A stretch of 64,000 bases of DNA from contig JBCCEK010000003.1 of the NCBI GenBank assembly GCA_039030295.1, forward strand, positions 180 to 64,179. Reading direction: 5' to 3'. This document shows, one piece after another, positions 55,617-64,000 of the stretch. The notes under the pieces were generated by a model. It searched no databases, was not told the origin of the DNA, and was given only the letters and a program-made list of their open reading frames with translations. Numbering within the stretch: the first letter of the stretch is position 1; each line of letters starts with the position of its first letter. This DNA is from Myxococcota bacterium. GTDB taxonomy: Bacteria > Myxococcota_A > Polyangia > Polyangiales > Houyiibacteriaceae. The translations under genes were made by a program, and so were the position numbers.

Positions 55617-56567
55617 CTACTGAGCTTCGACGCGGTTGTCCAACGCGCCGAGGTCGATCGACCCGTCGTCCGTGGAGATCGTCGCCCGCACTCGATCCCC
55701 AGGCTGCAAGTAACGGCCGCCCGCCTCTTGCAGTTCGGTGAACCGCTGCCATTTCTTCGCGCGTGGGAGCTTCGCGAGCATGGCGTTCTGTTCGGCAGAG
55801 CGCTGCATGGCGACCCCGGACGGCGTGCCGCTCGCGATCAAATCGCCAACGCGTAGGTCTTGCACCTCGGAGAGTTCGGTGAGGGTCTCTCCGGGCTTGT
55901 AAACCATATTTTCACAGACCGCGTCCTGCCTCAGCTCCTCGTTGACGTACATCCGCAGGCGTAGCGTGTGCCAGCGTTCCCGGATCTGGTCATCGACGAG
56001 GGTGAGCCAAGGCCCTGTCGGTCCGAACGTGCGGAAGCTCTTTCCCTTGTAGTACTGGAGTTCCGACAGCTGCACGTCGCGGGCGCTCACATCGTTGTGG
56101 ACGACAAGCGCACCGATCGCGTCCGGCAGCGTCGAGTTCTCGAACGTCTCCGGGGCAACGATGTCCCTGGCAAGAACGAGACCAAGCTCGACTTCGTAAT
56201 CGAGCAAGCGAACCCGTGCAGGCCTCACGATCGGATGGTTCGCACCACACAAACAGGAGGAGGCCTTCCTGAACCACATGTTGAACGTCTTCGAATCTGG
56301 GTCGACGCCCGTCTCTCGGGTGTGCGCGCGGTAGTTCTTCGCCAGACAAACGACCTGTTGGTTTCGGGTCACCGGTGACAGGAACTCGACGCCGTCGAGG
56401 GCGGTTGTCGCCCCTGTGCGGGCCGCGGCCTCCGCGATCGCGTCGGTGCCACTGCGCAGCAAGGCGCCGGTGGTCTCGAAATCGCCCTCGACCCAGGACA
56501 GGCCGTCCTTTCGGACCACCGCCCACCGAGGACCGCTGTCTTGCTGAACTCGAGCAACGCGAATCAT
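55617..56567 (-). CDS. Fumarylacetoacetate hydrolase (FAH) family protein
   Basis: VVCLAKNYRAH, DYEVELGLVLARD, GDLIASGTPSGV are FAH-fold hallmarks. Confidence 0.85.
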   Translation of the reverse strand: MIRVARVQQDSGPRWAVVRKDGLSWVEGDFETTGALLRSGTDAIAEAAARTGATTALDGVEFLSPVTRNQQVVCLAKNYRAHTRETGVDPDSKTFNMWFRKASSCLCGANHPIVRPARVRLLDYEVELGLVLARDIVAPETFENSTLPDAIGALVVHNDVSARDVQLSELQYYKGKSFRTFGPTGPWLTLVDDQIRERWHTLRLRMYVNEELRQDAVCENMVYKPGETLTELSEVQDLRVGDLIASGTPSGVAMQRSAEQNAMLAKLPRAKKWQRFTELQEAGGRYLQPGDRVRATISTDDGSIDLGALDNRVEAQ

Positions 56568-56641
56568 GAACGAGTCTTAGCGCGTTGGCGTCGCCTGCGC
56601 CTGCGCCCTGTTGGCCGCATGTGTGCTAGGTTCGGTCCGTC

Positions 56642-57304
56642 ATGACCCAATACGTGTTCGAACCGACAGACCTACAGCGCATCGTGAAGATGCACCTCCA
56701 TGTGCCTCTGGACCGGCGCTTCGATCGGATCGCCCACACGCTGCATGCCGTGTACGGAGAGCACATCCATCCGGGCCGCGAGTGGATCTGGAGCAACGCC
56801 GGCGGGATCATGTGCTCGATGAGCGTGCTCCACACCTCGCCGAAGGAGTACCTCTTGTTCTGCGGAACGGCCGTGGGGTCCGAAGGACACAGCGGGCGGC
56901 ATCGTGCCGAACTCTACGACATCGTGATCAATGGCGAGCTTCAGACCTTCAAGCCCGACCAGTTCGCACCACGGACCCTCCAGCCCGGCGAAGTCTCGCA
57001 CCTGCCTCGATTGACGACCAACGGCAGCCACTTGAGCCGCGAGTGCTGGCTGCTCGAGTATGCGCGCGGGAACATCATGTCGATGTTTCCCTTTGCGCTT
57101 GGGGACACGGTGTTCAGCACCCAGGACCTGACTGATTTGGGCAAGACGATGGTCCACTCCACCAAGCTCATGCTGTCGGAGGCCAAGCTTGCGGTCAGGA
57201 GCCGTTTCGGACGCGGCAGCCTGCCCGCGCCTCGGCTCGACCTCATCACCGATCCAGCGCCCGCGGCCCCGAAGCCGTCGAGCGACGACACGTCCCTTAA
57301 TTGA
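56642..57304 (+). CDS. ERG2/sigma-1-receptor family protein (putative sterol C-8 isomerase)
   Basis: Colinear with human sigma-1 receptor from about residue 35, as recalled: YVFEP..., NAGGIMCSMSVLHTSPKEYLLFCGTAVGSEGHSGRH.AELYD, WLLEYARG, FALGDTVFSTQD. The equivalents of Asp126 and Glu172 are conserved. No N-terminal TM helix. Confidence 0.85.
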   Translation: MTQYVFEPTDLQRIVKMHLHVPLDRRFDRIAHTLHAVYGEHIHPGREWIWSNAGGIMCSMSVLHTSPKEYLLFCGTAVGSEGHSGRHRAELYDIVINGELQTFKPDQFAPRTLQPGEVSHLPRLTTNGSHLSRECWLLEYARGNIMSMFPFALGDTVFSTQDLTDLGKTMVHSTKLMLSEAKLAVRSRFGRGSLPAPRLDLITDPAPAAPKPSSDDTSLN

Positions 57305-57447
57305 CGGCGCGGCAGCCGACACCAGGAATACCCTCAGGGGAAGCGGTTTTCGGCCGAATTCGGTCGGTCAAGCCCCGCCCGGTTGCGCAGACGCGATTTC
57401 GCGGCTAGCCGGGCGTTGGCGAATCGCGCCATTGGCACGGGAAAACC

Positions 57448-59538
57448 ATGAAAGACCTCACCACCTACCGGAACATCGGCATCTTCGCGCACGTGGACGC
57501 CGGCAAGACCACCACGACCGAGCGCATCCTCAAACTCACCGGCAAGATTCACAAAATCGGTGAGGTCCATGATGGGGCGGCGACGACTGACTTCATGGAG
57601 CAGGAGCAGGAGCGAGGCATCACGATTCAGTCGGCGGCGACCACCTGTTTTTGGGACGGCCACCAGCTGAACATCATCGACACGCCCGGCCACGTCGACT
57701 TCACGATCGAGGTCTATCGGTCCCTCAAGGTGCTCGATGGCGGGGTCGGTGTGTTTTGCGGCTCCGGCGGCGTCGAGCCGCAGTCCGAAACCAACTGGCG
57801 TTATGCCAACGAATCCGAAGTTGCGCGCCTGATCTTCGTGAACAAGCTCGATCGCGCGGGCGCCGATTTCTACCGCGTTGTCGACCAGATCAAAGACGTG
57901 CTCGACGCGAAGCCGCTCGTCATGGTGCTGCCTATCGGTACCGAGGCGGAGTTCGTCGGGGTCGTCGATCTGCTCACCCAGAAAGCGTACGTGTGGGACG
58001 ATTCGGGCCGACCCGAGAACTTCGAGGTGAAGGACGTACCCGAAGACATGGCGGAGCTCGTCGAGAAGTATCGCACCGAGCTCATCGAAGCTGCGGTCGA
58101 ACAAGACGATGACGCACTCGAACAGTACCTCGAGGGCAATGAGCCCGACGTCGACACGATCAAAGCATGCATTCGGAAGGGAACACGCGACCTCGTCTTC
58201 TTCCCAACGTTTTGCGGTTCAGCGTTCAAGAACAAGGGCGTCCAACAGGTTCTCGATGGCGTCGTGGCTTACCTCCCGAACCCGACCGAGGTGCCGCCGC
58301 AGCCCGAGATCGACCTCGAGGGCAACGAGACCGGCAAGTTCGCCGACGTCGACCCGACCGGCCCGGTCCGCGCGCTCGCTTTCAAGATCATGGAGGACCG
58401 ATTCGGCGCGCTGACCTTCACGCGAATCTACTCCGGCACGATCAACAAGGGCGACACCCTGGTCAATACGTTCACTGGGAAGAACGAACGCGTCGGGCGT
58501 ATGGTCGAGATGCACGCCAACGACCGTACGATCGTCGAGACCGCGCAAGCTGGAGACATCGTTGCGATGGTCGGGCTGAAAGACGTTCGGACAGGACATA
58601 CCCTCGCCGACGCGAAGGACCCCGCGACCTTGGAGCCGATGGTCTTTCCGGACCCCGTCATCTCCGTGGCGGTCTCGACGAAGGACAAGGCGAACAGCGA
58701 GAAGCTCAGCACTGCGCTTGGCAAGATGGTCGCCGAAGACCCGTCGTTCCACGTCGAGGTCGACCAGGAGTCCGGCGAGACCATCCTCAAGGGGATGGGT
58801 GAGCTCCATCTCGACATCAAGGTCGACATCTTGCGTCGGAGTCACGGCGTCGACGTGCAGGTCGGTGCGCCTCAGGTGGCCTACCGCGAAACCGTCACTT
58901 CGATGATCGAAGACAGCTACACGCACAAGAAGCAGACCGGTGGGTCAGGCCAGTTCGCGAAGATCGACTACCGAATCGAGCCTGCCGAGGCCGGCGAGGG
59001 CTTCGTCTTCGAATCGAAGATCACCGGCGGCAACGTGCCCAAGGAGTTCATTCCCGCGGTCGACAAGGGTTTCAAACAGATGATGGAGACCGGTCCCCTT
59101 TGCGGTTTCCCGTTGCTCGACTTCAAAGTGACGCTGCTCGATGGCGGCTACCATCCGGTCGACTCCTCGCAGATGGCGTTCGAAACGGCGGCCAAGGCGG
59201 CGTTTCGTCAGAGCATGCCGAAGGCCGGCCCCCAGCTTCTAGAACCGATCATGAAGGTGGACGTGTTCGTTCCCGACGCCAACGTCGGCGACGTCATCGG
59301 CGACCTCAACCGCCGACGCGGTATGATTGGCGCGCAGGAAAAGGGCCACACCAACGTCCGCATCAAAGCGGATGTCCCGCTGAGCGAGATGTTCGGCTAC
59401 ATCGGCGACCTTCGCTCCGCGACCTCAGGTCGTGGCCAGTTCTCGATGGAGTTCAGCCACTACTCCGCCGTTCCGCGCCACATCCTCGAGAAGGTCCAAG
59501 CCGAAGTCGCCGAACGCGAAGCCGCCAAGAAAAAGTAG
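57448..59538 (+). CDS. fusA: Translation elongation factor G
   Basis: [34 protein letters not shown]. Full five-domain length (696 aa). Confidence 0.97.
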   Translation: MKDLTTYRNIGIFAHVDAGKTTTTERILKLTGKIHKIGEVHDGAATTDFMEQEQERGITIQSAATTCFWDGHQLNIIDTPGHVDFTIEVYRSLKVLDGGVGVFCGSGGVEPQSETNWRYANESEVARLIFVNKLDRAGADFYRVVDQIKDVLDAKPLVMVLPIGTEAEFVGVVDLLTQKAYVWDDSGRPENFEVKDVPEDMAELVEKYRTELIEAAVEQDDDALEQYLEGNEPDVDTIKACIRKGTRDLVFFPTFCGSAFKNKGVQQVLDGVVAYLPNPTEVPPQPEIDLEGNETGKFADVDPTGPVRALAFKIMEDRFGALTFTRIYSGTINKGDTLVNTFTGKNERVGRMVEMHANDRTIVETAQAGDIVAMVGLKDVRTGHTLADAKDPATLEPMVFPDPVISVAVSTKDKANSEKLSTALGKMVAEDPSFHVEVDQESGETILKGMGELHLDIKVDILRRSHGVDVQVGAPQVAYRETVTSMIEDSYTHKKQTGGSGQFAKIDYRIEPAEAGEGFVFESKITGGNVPKEFIPAVDKGFKQMMETGPLCGFPLLDFKVTLLDGGYHPVDSSQMAFETAAKAAFRQSMPKAGPQLLEPIMKVDVFVPDANVGDVIGDLNRRRGMIGAQEKGHTNVRIKADVPLSEMFGYIGDLRSATSGRGQFSMEFSHYSAVPRHILEKVQAEVAEREAAKKK

Positions 59539-59724
59539 GGTCACTCCGCCCCTCCAAAACCGCAGCAAAACCAACTATTTACACGCTGCACCGCGAAAAC
59601 CGACCGTCCGGCGCCCCCAACGCCCCTGCGGGACGGGGTCACTCCGCGTCTCCAAAAGCGCAGCAAGATCAGCGGTTTGCACGCTGCACCGCGAAAACCG
59701 ACCGTCCGGCGCCCGAAACGCCCG
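59538..59724 (+). repeat. Two tandem copies (A, B) of an intergenic repeat, orientation 1
   Basis: GGGTCACTCCGC...CACGCTGCACCGCGAAAACCGACCGTCCGGCGCCC occurs twice with a 98-bp period (starting about 59538 and about 59636), immediately after the fusA stop. Confidence 0.8.
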
Positions 59725-59786
59725 CGTCGTGCACGCTACGGTGCCGATCGCTAGCGCTAGGCGACGGCACCGCCTCGATGGAGGAT

Positions 59787-59918
59787 CGGGTTTTCGCGGT
59801 GTGGTTGGTAAGGGGTTGAAATGGTTGAGCTATATGGCGGTCGGAGTGACCCCGGGTTTTCGCGGTGTGGTGGGCAAGTGGCGGAGATGGTTGGGGTTTT
59901 GGGGGGCCGGAGTGACCC
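59787..59918 (+). repeat. Two tandem copies (C, D) of the same repeat family, inverted orientation
   Basis: GGGTTTTCGCGGTGTGG...CGGAGTGACCC occurs twice with a 66-bp period. The reverse complement of D matches A at both ends. A central hairpin GGTGCCG...CGGCACC lies at 59740-59771. Confidence 0.8.
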
Positions 59919-59954
59919 TGGCGGGGGGGGCGTGGGGGATCTAGAGTTGCGGCG

Positions 59955-60242
59955 ATGAAGAAGCTGACGGCGGACGAGGTGGCGGCGCACATGAAGGCGT
60001 TGCCGGGGTGGGAGCTTGGGGAGGATCGGATCCGGCGAACCTTCCGCTTCAAGGACTTCGTCGAAGCGTTCGGGTGGATGGCGAGTGTGGCCTTGGTGGC
60101 GGAGCAGATGAACCACCACCCCGAGTGGCGGAACGTGTGGGCCACGGTCGAGGTCGAGCTCTCGACTCATGATGCCGGCGGCCTGACCGAACACGACATG
60201 AACATGGCCGCGAAGATGGACGCGCTGAGCGGACTCGACTGA
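59955..60242 (+). CDS. phhB: Pterin-4a-carbinolamine dehydratase
   Basis: 95 aa. F.F.DF..AF.WM..VAL.AE.MNHHPEW.NVW..V.V.L.THD pattern. Confidence 0.9.
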   Translation: MKKLTADEVAAHMKALPGWELGEDRIRRTFRFKDFVEAFGWMASVALVAEQMNHHPEWRNVWATVEVELSTHDAGGLTEHDMNMAAKMDALSGLD

Positions 60243-60247
60243 CCGCG

Positions 60248-62386
60248 GTGTCGAGCGAGCAAGCGATGGCGGGATCGTGGGTCTGCCCGATGCACCCCGA
60301 GGTGGTCCGAGCAGGCCCGGGCGACTGCCCCAAGTGCGGCATGGCGCTCGAGCCGCGTACCGCGACCGTCGACGAAGACTCAGTGAGCCCCGAGTGGCAA
60401 GACATGAAGCGGCGATTCTGGATCGCGCTCGCGTTTACAGTGCCCCTCCTGGTGATCTCGATGGGCGACATGCTCCCGAGCCATCCCATGTCGCAAGCGT
60501 TCGGGGATCGCGGCCGCGTTTGGCTGGAGCTCGCGCTCGCGACCCCGGTGTGCCTTTGGGCCGCGTGGCCCTTCTACAGTCGCTTCGTGGCTTCGCTCCG
60601 GCACCGCAGCCTCAACATGTGGACCTTGATCGGCCTTGGCGTCGCCGTGTCGTACCTCTACAGCGTGGTGGCTGCCGTCGCACCGGGGATCTTTCCGAGC
60701 GCGTTCCGCGATGCGAACGGTAATGTGGCCGTCTACTTCGAGGCCGCTGCAACCGTCGTGACGTTGATCCTCCTCGGCCAGGTACTGGAGCTCCGAGCCA
60801 GAGGCGAAACCGGCACTGCCATCAAGGCGCTGCTCGGCTTGGCACCCAAACTCGCGCGCCGCATCTCCGGAGACGGAACCGAGAGTGATGTCCCGATCGA
60901 CGAAGTCCAAGTCGGAGACCGGCTTCGTGTTCGCCCTGGGGAGAAGGTCCCGGTCGATTCGATCGTCGTGGACGGAAGCAGCCTCGTCGACGAATCGATG
61001 GTTACCGGCGAGCCAGTCCCCGTCCCGAAAGCAGCCCATGACACGGTGATCGGTGCGACGATCAACGGTTCTGGGGCGCTGACGATCGAAGCGACAGCGG
61101 TCGGCGACAACACGCTTCTTTCGCGGATCGTCAGCATGGTCTCGGAGGCCCAGCGGACGCGGGCCCCTGTGCAACGCATGGCGGACTCCGTCGCGGGCGT
61201 GTTTGTCCCGGCCGTGCTGGTCGCTGCGGTGGTCACGTTCGTGGTGTGGAGCATCATCGGCCCTGACCCCAAAATGGCCCACGCATTGGTGAGCTCGGTG
61301 GCTGTTCTGATTATCGCGTGTCCCTGCGCCCTGGGTCTCGCGACGCCGATGGCCATCATGGTCGCCACCGGGAAGGCAGCGTCTGTCGGCGTACTGTTCA
61401 AAGACGCCGAGGCGATCGAGACCATGCGCTCCGTCGACATGCTGGTCGTCGACAAGACGGGGACCCTGACAGAGGGCAGGCCCGCCCTCGTCACGGTCGA
61501 ATCGATCGAGGGAGATGGCGACACGCTTCTTTCGCTCGCGGCTAGCCTCGAGCGACCCAGCGAGCATCCGCTTGCCGAGGCCGTCGTTCGCGGGGCGCAG
61601 GACCGTGGCATCGTCCTTCGCCCCGTCGACGAGTTCGCCTCGGTGACCGGGCGTGGTGTCGTCGGTCGCGTGGATGGCCGGGAAGTCGTTCTCGGTAACC
61701 CGGCCATGCTCGAGGAGCACGGCGTTGATGCTACCCCCCTCGCGAGTCTTGCCGACGACGCGCGAAAAGAGGGACAAACCGCTCTCTTCGTCGCTGTCGA
61801 CGGCAAGCCCATCGGGATTCTGGGTGTCACCGATCCAATCAAACCGAGCGCGCCCGCGGCGATCGCCGATCTGCACGCGGCCGGGATCTCGGTGGTCATG
61901 CTCACCGGCGACCATGAGAAGACGGCGGCGATCGTAGCGCGCAAGCTCGGGATCGACGACGTCATCGCCGGTGTTCTCCCCGACCAAAAGGCGGCTTCGG
62001 TGCAAGGGTTTCAGCGCGAAGGGCACGTCGTCGCGATGGCGGGCGATGGCGTGAACGATGCACCTGCTCTGGCCCAAGCCGACGTCGGCATCGCGATGGG
62101 CACGGGAACCGATATCGCGATGGAGACTGCCGGTGTCACCTTGGTCAAGGGCGACCTCGGTGGCATCGTGCGTGCACGCCGACTGAGTCGGGCGACGATG
62201 AAGAACATCCGCCAGAACTTGTTCTTCGCCTTCGTTTACAACGCGCTCGGCATCCCGGTCGCCGCCGGCGTGTTCTATCCGATCCTCGGTTTGCTCCTGA
62301 ACCCGATGATCGCCGCTGCCGCGATGAGCCTGAGTTCTGTCTCTGTGATCACGAATTCGTTGCGTTTGCGCCGCACACAGATCTAG
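60248..62386 (+). CDS. copA: Copper-translocating P1B-type ATPase
   Basis: CPC in [28 protein letters not shown]. The N-terminus has CPMHPE...CPKCGM metal-binding ribbon instead of a GMxCxxC HMA domain. GTG start (alternative ATG 60266). Confidence 0.9.
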   Translation: MSSEQAMAGSWVCPMHPEVVRAGPGDCPKCGMALEPRTATVDEDSVSPEWQDMKRRFWIALAFTVPLLVISMGDMLPSHPMSQAFGDRGRVWLELALATPVCLWAAWPFYSRFVASLRHRSLNMWTLIGLGVAVSYLYSVVAAVAPGIFPSAFRDANGNVAVYFEAAATVVTLILLGQVLELRARGETGTAIKALLGLAPKLARRISGDGTESDVPIDEVQVGDRLRVRPGEKVPVDSIVVDGSSLVDESMVTGEPVPVPKAAHDTVIGATINGSGALTIEATAVGDNTLLSRIVSMVSEAQRTRAPVQRMADSVAGVFVPAVLVAAVVTFVVWSIIGPDPKMAHALVSSVAVLIIACPCALGLATPMAIMVATGKAASVGVLFKDAEAIETMRSVDMLVVDKTGTLTEGRPALVTVESIEGDGDTLLSLAASLERPSEHPLAEAVVRGAQDRGIVLRPVDEFASVTGRGVVGRVDGREVVLGNPAMLEEHGVDATPLASLADDARKEGQTALFVAVDGKPIGILGVTDPIKPSAPAAIADLHAAGISVVMLTGDHEKTAAIVARKLGIDDVIAGVLPDQKAASVQGFQREGHVVAMAGDGVNDAPALAQADVGIAMGTGTDIAMETAGVTLVKGDLGGIVRARRLSRATMKNIRQNLFFAFVYNALGIPVAAGVFYPILGLLLNPMIAAAAMSLSSVSVITNSLRLRRTQI

Positions 62387-62408
62387 CCTCCCGCGCGAGC
62401 GCCCTTCG

Positions 62409-63188
62409 ATGAACGTGATCGATCCAACTCTCGACCCGGCCTTGGTGGCGTTTGGCATCATCGTGCTCGGCGCCTACCTCGTCCAGACCGCCATCGGTTT
62501 CGGCAGCATGCTGATCTGCGTCACCTTCGGCGCCCAGTTCTTACCCCTCGAAGAGGTGATCCGACTCGCAATCCCGCTCTCCTTCCTCCAAACCGGGTAC
62601 ATCGTGATTCGACACTGGGAGGGGGTTCGTTGGCCGCTCCTGCTGAGACGCGTCCTACCATTCATGGCGCTCGGAATGGCCGCCGCGTTTGCCGTGCTGG
62701 CCGCGGTCCGCGGTCCCGGTCTCGGGCTCGCGTTCGGGCTGATGGTCTTGGTTTTGTCGGCGCGCGATATCCGGAAGCTTCGCCATGCCGACGACGCCGC
62801 GGCGGAGCCGCCGATCTCCCTCGGCGCATCCATCGCGGCCCTGTTTTCCGCGGGTTTCGTTCACGGAATCTACGCCTCTGGGGGCCCAATGCTCGTCTAC
62901 GCGATCGGGCGTGAGGGTCTTGGGAAACGGGATTTCCGGAGCACGCTCTGCATGATCTGGATCCTCCTCAACGTGATCCTGGTCGCGCGGTTTGTGTCGG
63001 TTGGGGCCTATCAGCCTGGCGATCTTTACCGCGTCCTCTTCCTTCTCCCCGCGGTCCCGATCGGGATCGTCCTCGGGGAGTGGGTGCACCATCGCGTGGA
63101 CGAGCGTCGCTTTCGCATGGCCGTCCTCGTCTTGCTGCTCGCTGCTGCGATCTCGCTGATTCTACGGTATGGTGCGCAACTCCTTTGA
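62409..63188 (+). CDS. TauE/SafE family anion exporter-like membrane protein
   Basis: 259 aa, about 8 TM, with a duplicated 4-TM pattern and Gly-rich helices (GFGSML..., GIYASGGPML). Confidence 0.75.
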   Translation: MNVIDPTLDPALVAFGIIVLGAYLVQTAIGFGSMLICVTFGAQFLPLEEVIRLAIPLSFLQTGYIVIRHWEGVRWPLLLRRVLPFMALGMAAAFAVLAAVRGPGLGLAFGLMVLVLSARDIRKLRHADDAAAEPPISLGASIAALFSAGFVHGIYASGGPMLVYAIGREGLGKRDFRSTLCMIWILLNVILVARFVSVGAYQPGDLYRVLFLLPAVPIGIVLGEWVHHRVDERRFRMAVLVLLLAAAISLILRYGAQLL

Positions 63189-63206
63189 AGGCAGAAAGGC
63201 GGCGTC

Positions 63207-64000
63207 ATGTACGACATCAAGATCGTCGGCGGCACAATCGTAGATGGGACCGGGACCGAGCGCTTCCAAGGTGACCTCGGCATCAAGGACGGCAAGATCG
63301 TAGCCGTCGGGGCCTGTGAAGAAGAAGGGGACCGCACGCTCGACGCCCAAGGCGCCGTTGTGACCCCGGGCTTCGTGGACATCCACACTCACTACGACGG
63401 CCAGATCAGTTGGGACGAGGAGCTAGCGCCGTCCTCGATTCACGGCGTGACCACTTGTGCGATGGGCAGTTGCGGCGTCGGGTTCGCGCCCGTACGCCCC
63501 GCCGATCACGACAAGTTGGTCGAGCTGATGGAGGGCGTTGAAGACATCCCAGGTACCGCGCTTTCCGAGGGCATCACTTGGAACTGGGAGAGCTACCCCG
63601 AGTACATGGACGCGCTCGACCGCATGCCTCACACGATCGACTTTCTCGGGCACGTCCCGCACGACGCACTTCGCGTTTACGTGATGGGAGAGCGCGGGGT
63701 GCACGACGAAGCGGCGACGCCCGACGACATCGCGGAGATGCGTCGGTTGCTTCGCATGGCACTCGAGGCCGGCGCGGTCGGGTTCAGCACCGGCCGAAGC
63801 GACAATCATCGGAGCGCAGTCGGGGACTGGACGCCTTCCTCGGAAGCGTCTGGAGACGAGCTCGCAGGGATCGCAGAGGCGTTCGTGGGACTCGACCATG
63901 GCGTCCTACAGGCGGTAAGCGACTTCAACATCCTCCATGGCGATGATCACTTCGACACAGAGTGGGGCGTTCTAGAGCAGATGCTTCGTGCGGCCGGCGG
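63207..64000 (+). CDS. N-acyl-D-amino-acid deacylase (D-aminoacylase) family amidohydrolase, 5' part only
   Basis: Not in the ORF track because it runs off the window. My own translation from ATG 63207 reads [16 protein letters not shown]...GKIVAVG...[16 protein letters not shown]...GVTT, with no stop through 64000. Confidence 0.8.
   Translation, partial: MYDIKIVGGTIVDGTGTERFQGDLGIKDGKIVAVGACEEEGDRTLDAQGAVVTPGFVDIHTHYDGQISWDEELAPSSIHGVTTCAMGSCGVGFAPVRPADHDKLVELMEGVEDIPGTALSEGITWNWESYPEYMDALDRMPHTIDFLGHVPHDALRVYVMGERGVHDEAATPDDIAEMRRLLRMALEAGAVGFSTGRSDNHRSAVGDWTPSSEASGDELAGIAEAFVGLDHGVLQAVSDFNILHGDDHFDTEWGVLEQMLRAAG

Noticed and set aside
59787-59918. CRISPR-like reading of the repeat cluster (a 29-bp unit CGGAGTGACCCCGGGTTTTCGCGGTGTGG with ~36-bp intervening segments)
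   Set aside because: Only one full junction unit exists. The intervening segments are themselves related to one another and to the copy at 14062-14129. The opposite-orientation copies have a different period, and no cas genes are present. This is better explained as a dispersed repeat family.
60380-62461. 693-aa ORF antisense to copA
   Set aside because: copA shows CPC, DKTGT and GDGxND motifs on the plus strand. The antisense product is low-complexity and Arg/Asp-rich.

Overview
This is a GC-rich bacterial chromosomal window with strong third-position GC bias, so the six-frame track is full of long, spurious Arg/Pro/Gly-rich antisense ORFs. I can support about 58 protein-coding genes. I saw no rRNA, tRNA, CRISPR array, transposase or integrase. 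All family calls rest on reading diagnostic motifs in the translations; no searches were run. The gene style (many lipoproteins, an ECF41 sigma factor, BNR/WD40 propellers, a mevalonate pathway, eukaryote-like sterol enzymes) suggests a myxobacterium-like organism, but that is inference only. The main system is a compact sterol-biosynthesis module at 33055-46950. Two divergent, translationally coupled operons around one 322-bp control region encode every step from HMG-CoA synthase to an oxidosqualene cyclase: HMGS, class II HMGR, MK, PMK, MVD, type-2 IDI, FPP synthase, squalene synthase and squalene epoxidase, plus a cyclase carrying the VSDCTAE motif. A LytTR response regulator is coupled to idi, and a sterol C-24 methyltransferase sits convergently next to it. 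Candidate sterol-tailoring or sterol-handling genes are scattered nearby. They are a Rieske oxygenase and a non-CYP51-like P450 (51-53.5 kb), an ERG2/sigma-1-receptor homologue without the N-terminal TM helix (56.6 kb), and a wax-ester-synthase/DGAT fused to an SCP2 sterol-carrier domain (11.3-13.1 kb). Other notable items are listed below:
- An ECF41 sigma module with an exact TGTCACA-N16-CGTC promoter.
- An internally duplicated four-haem DUF1111 protein.
- An acyl-CoA dehydrogenase/SDR/carotenoid-cleavage-oxygenase/enone-reductase operon.
- A dispersed ~65-100 bp intergenic repeat family: four copies form a large inverted structure between fusA and phhB, and one copy supplies the 3' end of a lipoprotein gene.
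Bacterial sterol synthesis is already established, so any novelty lies in the architecture and in the accessory genes. That cannot be confirmed without database comparison.
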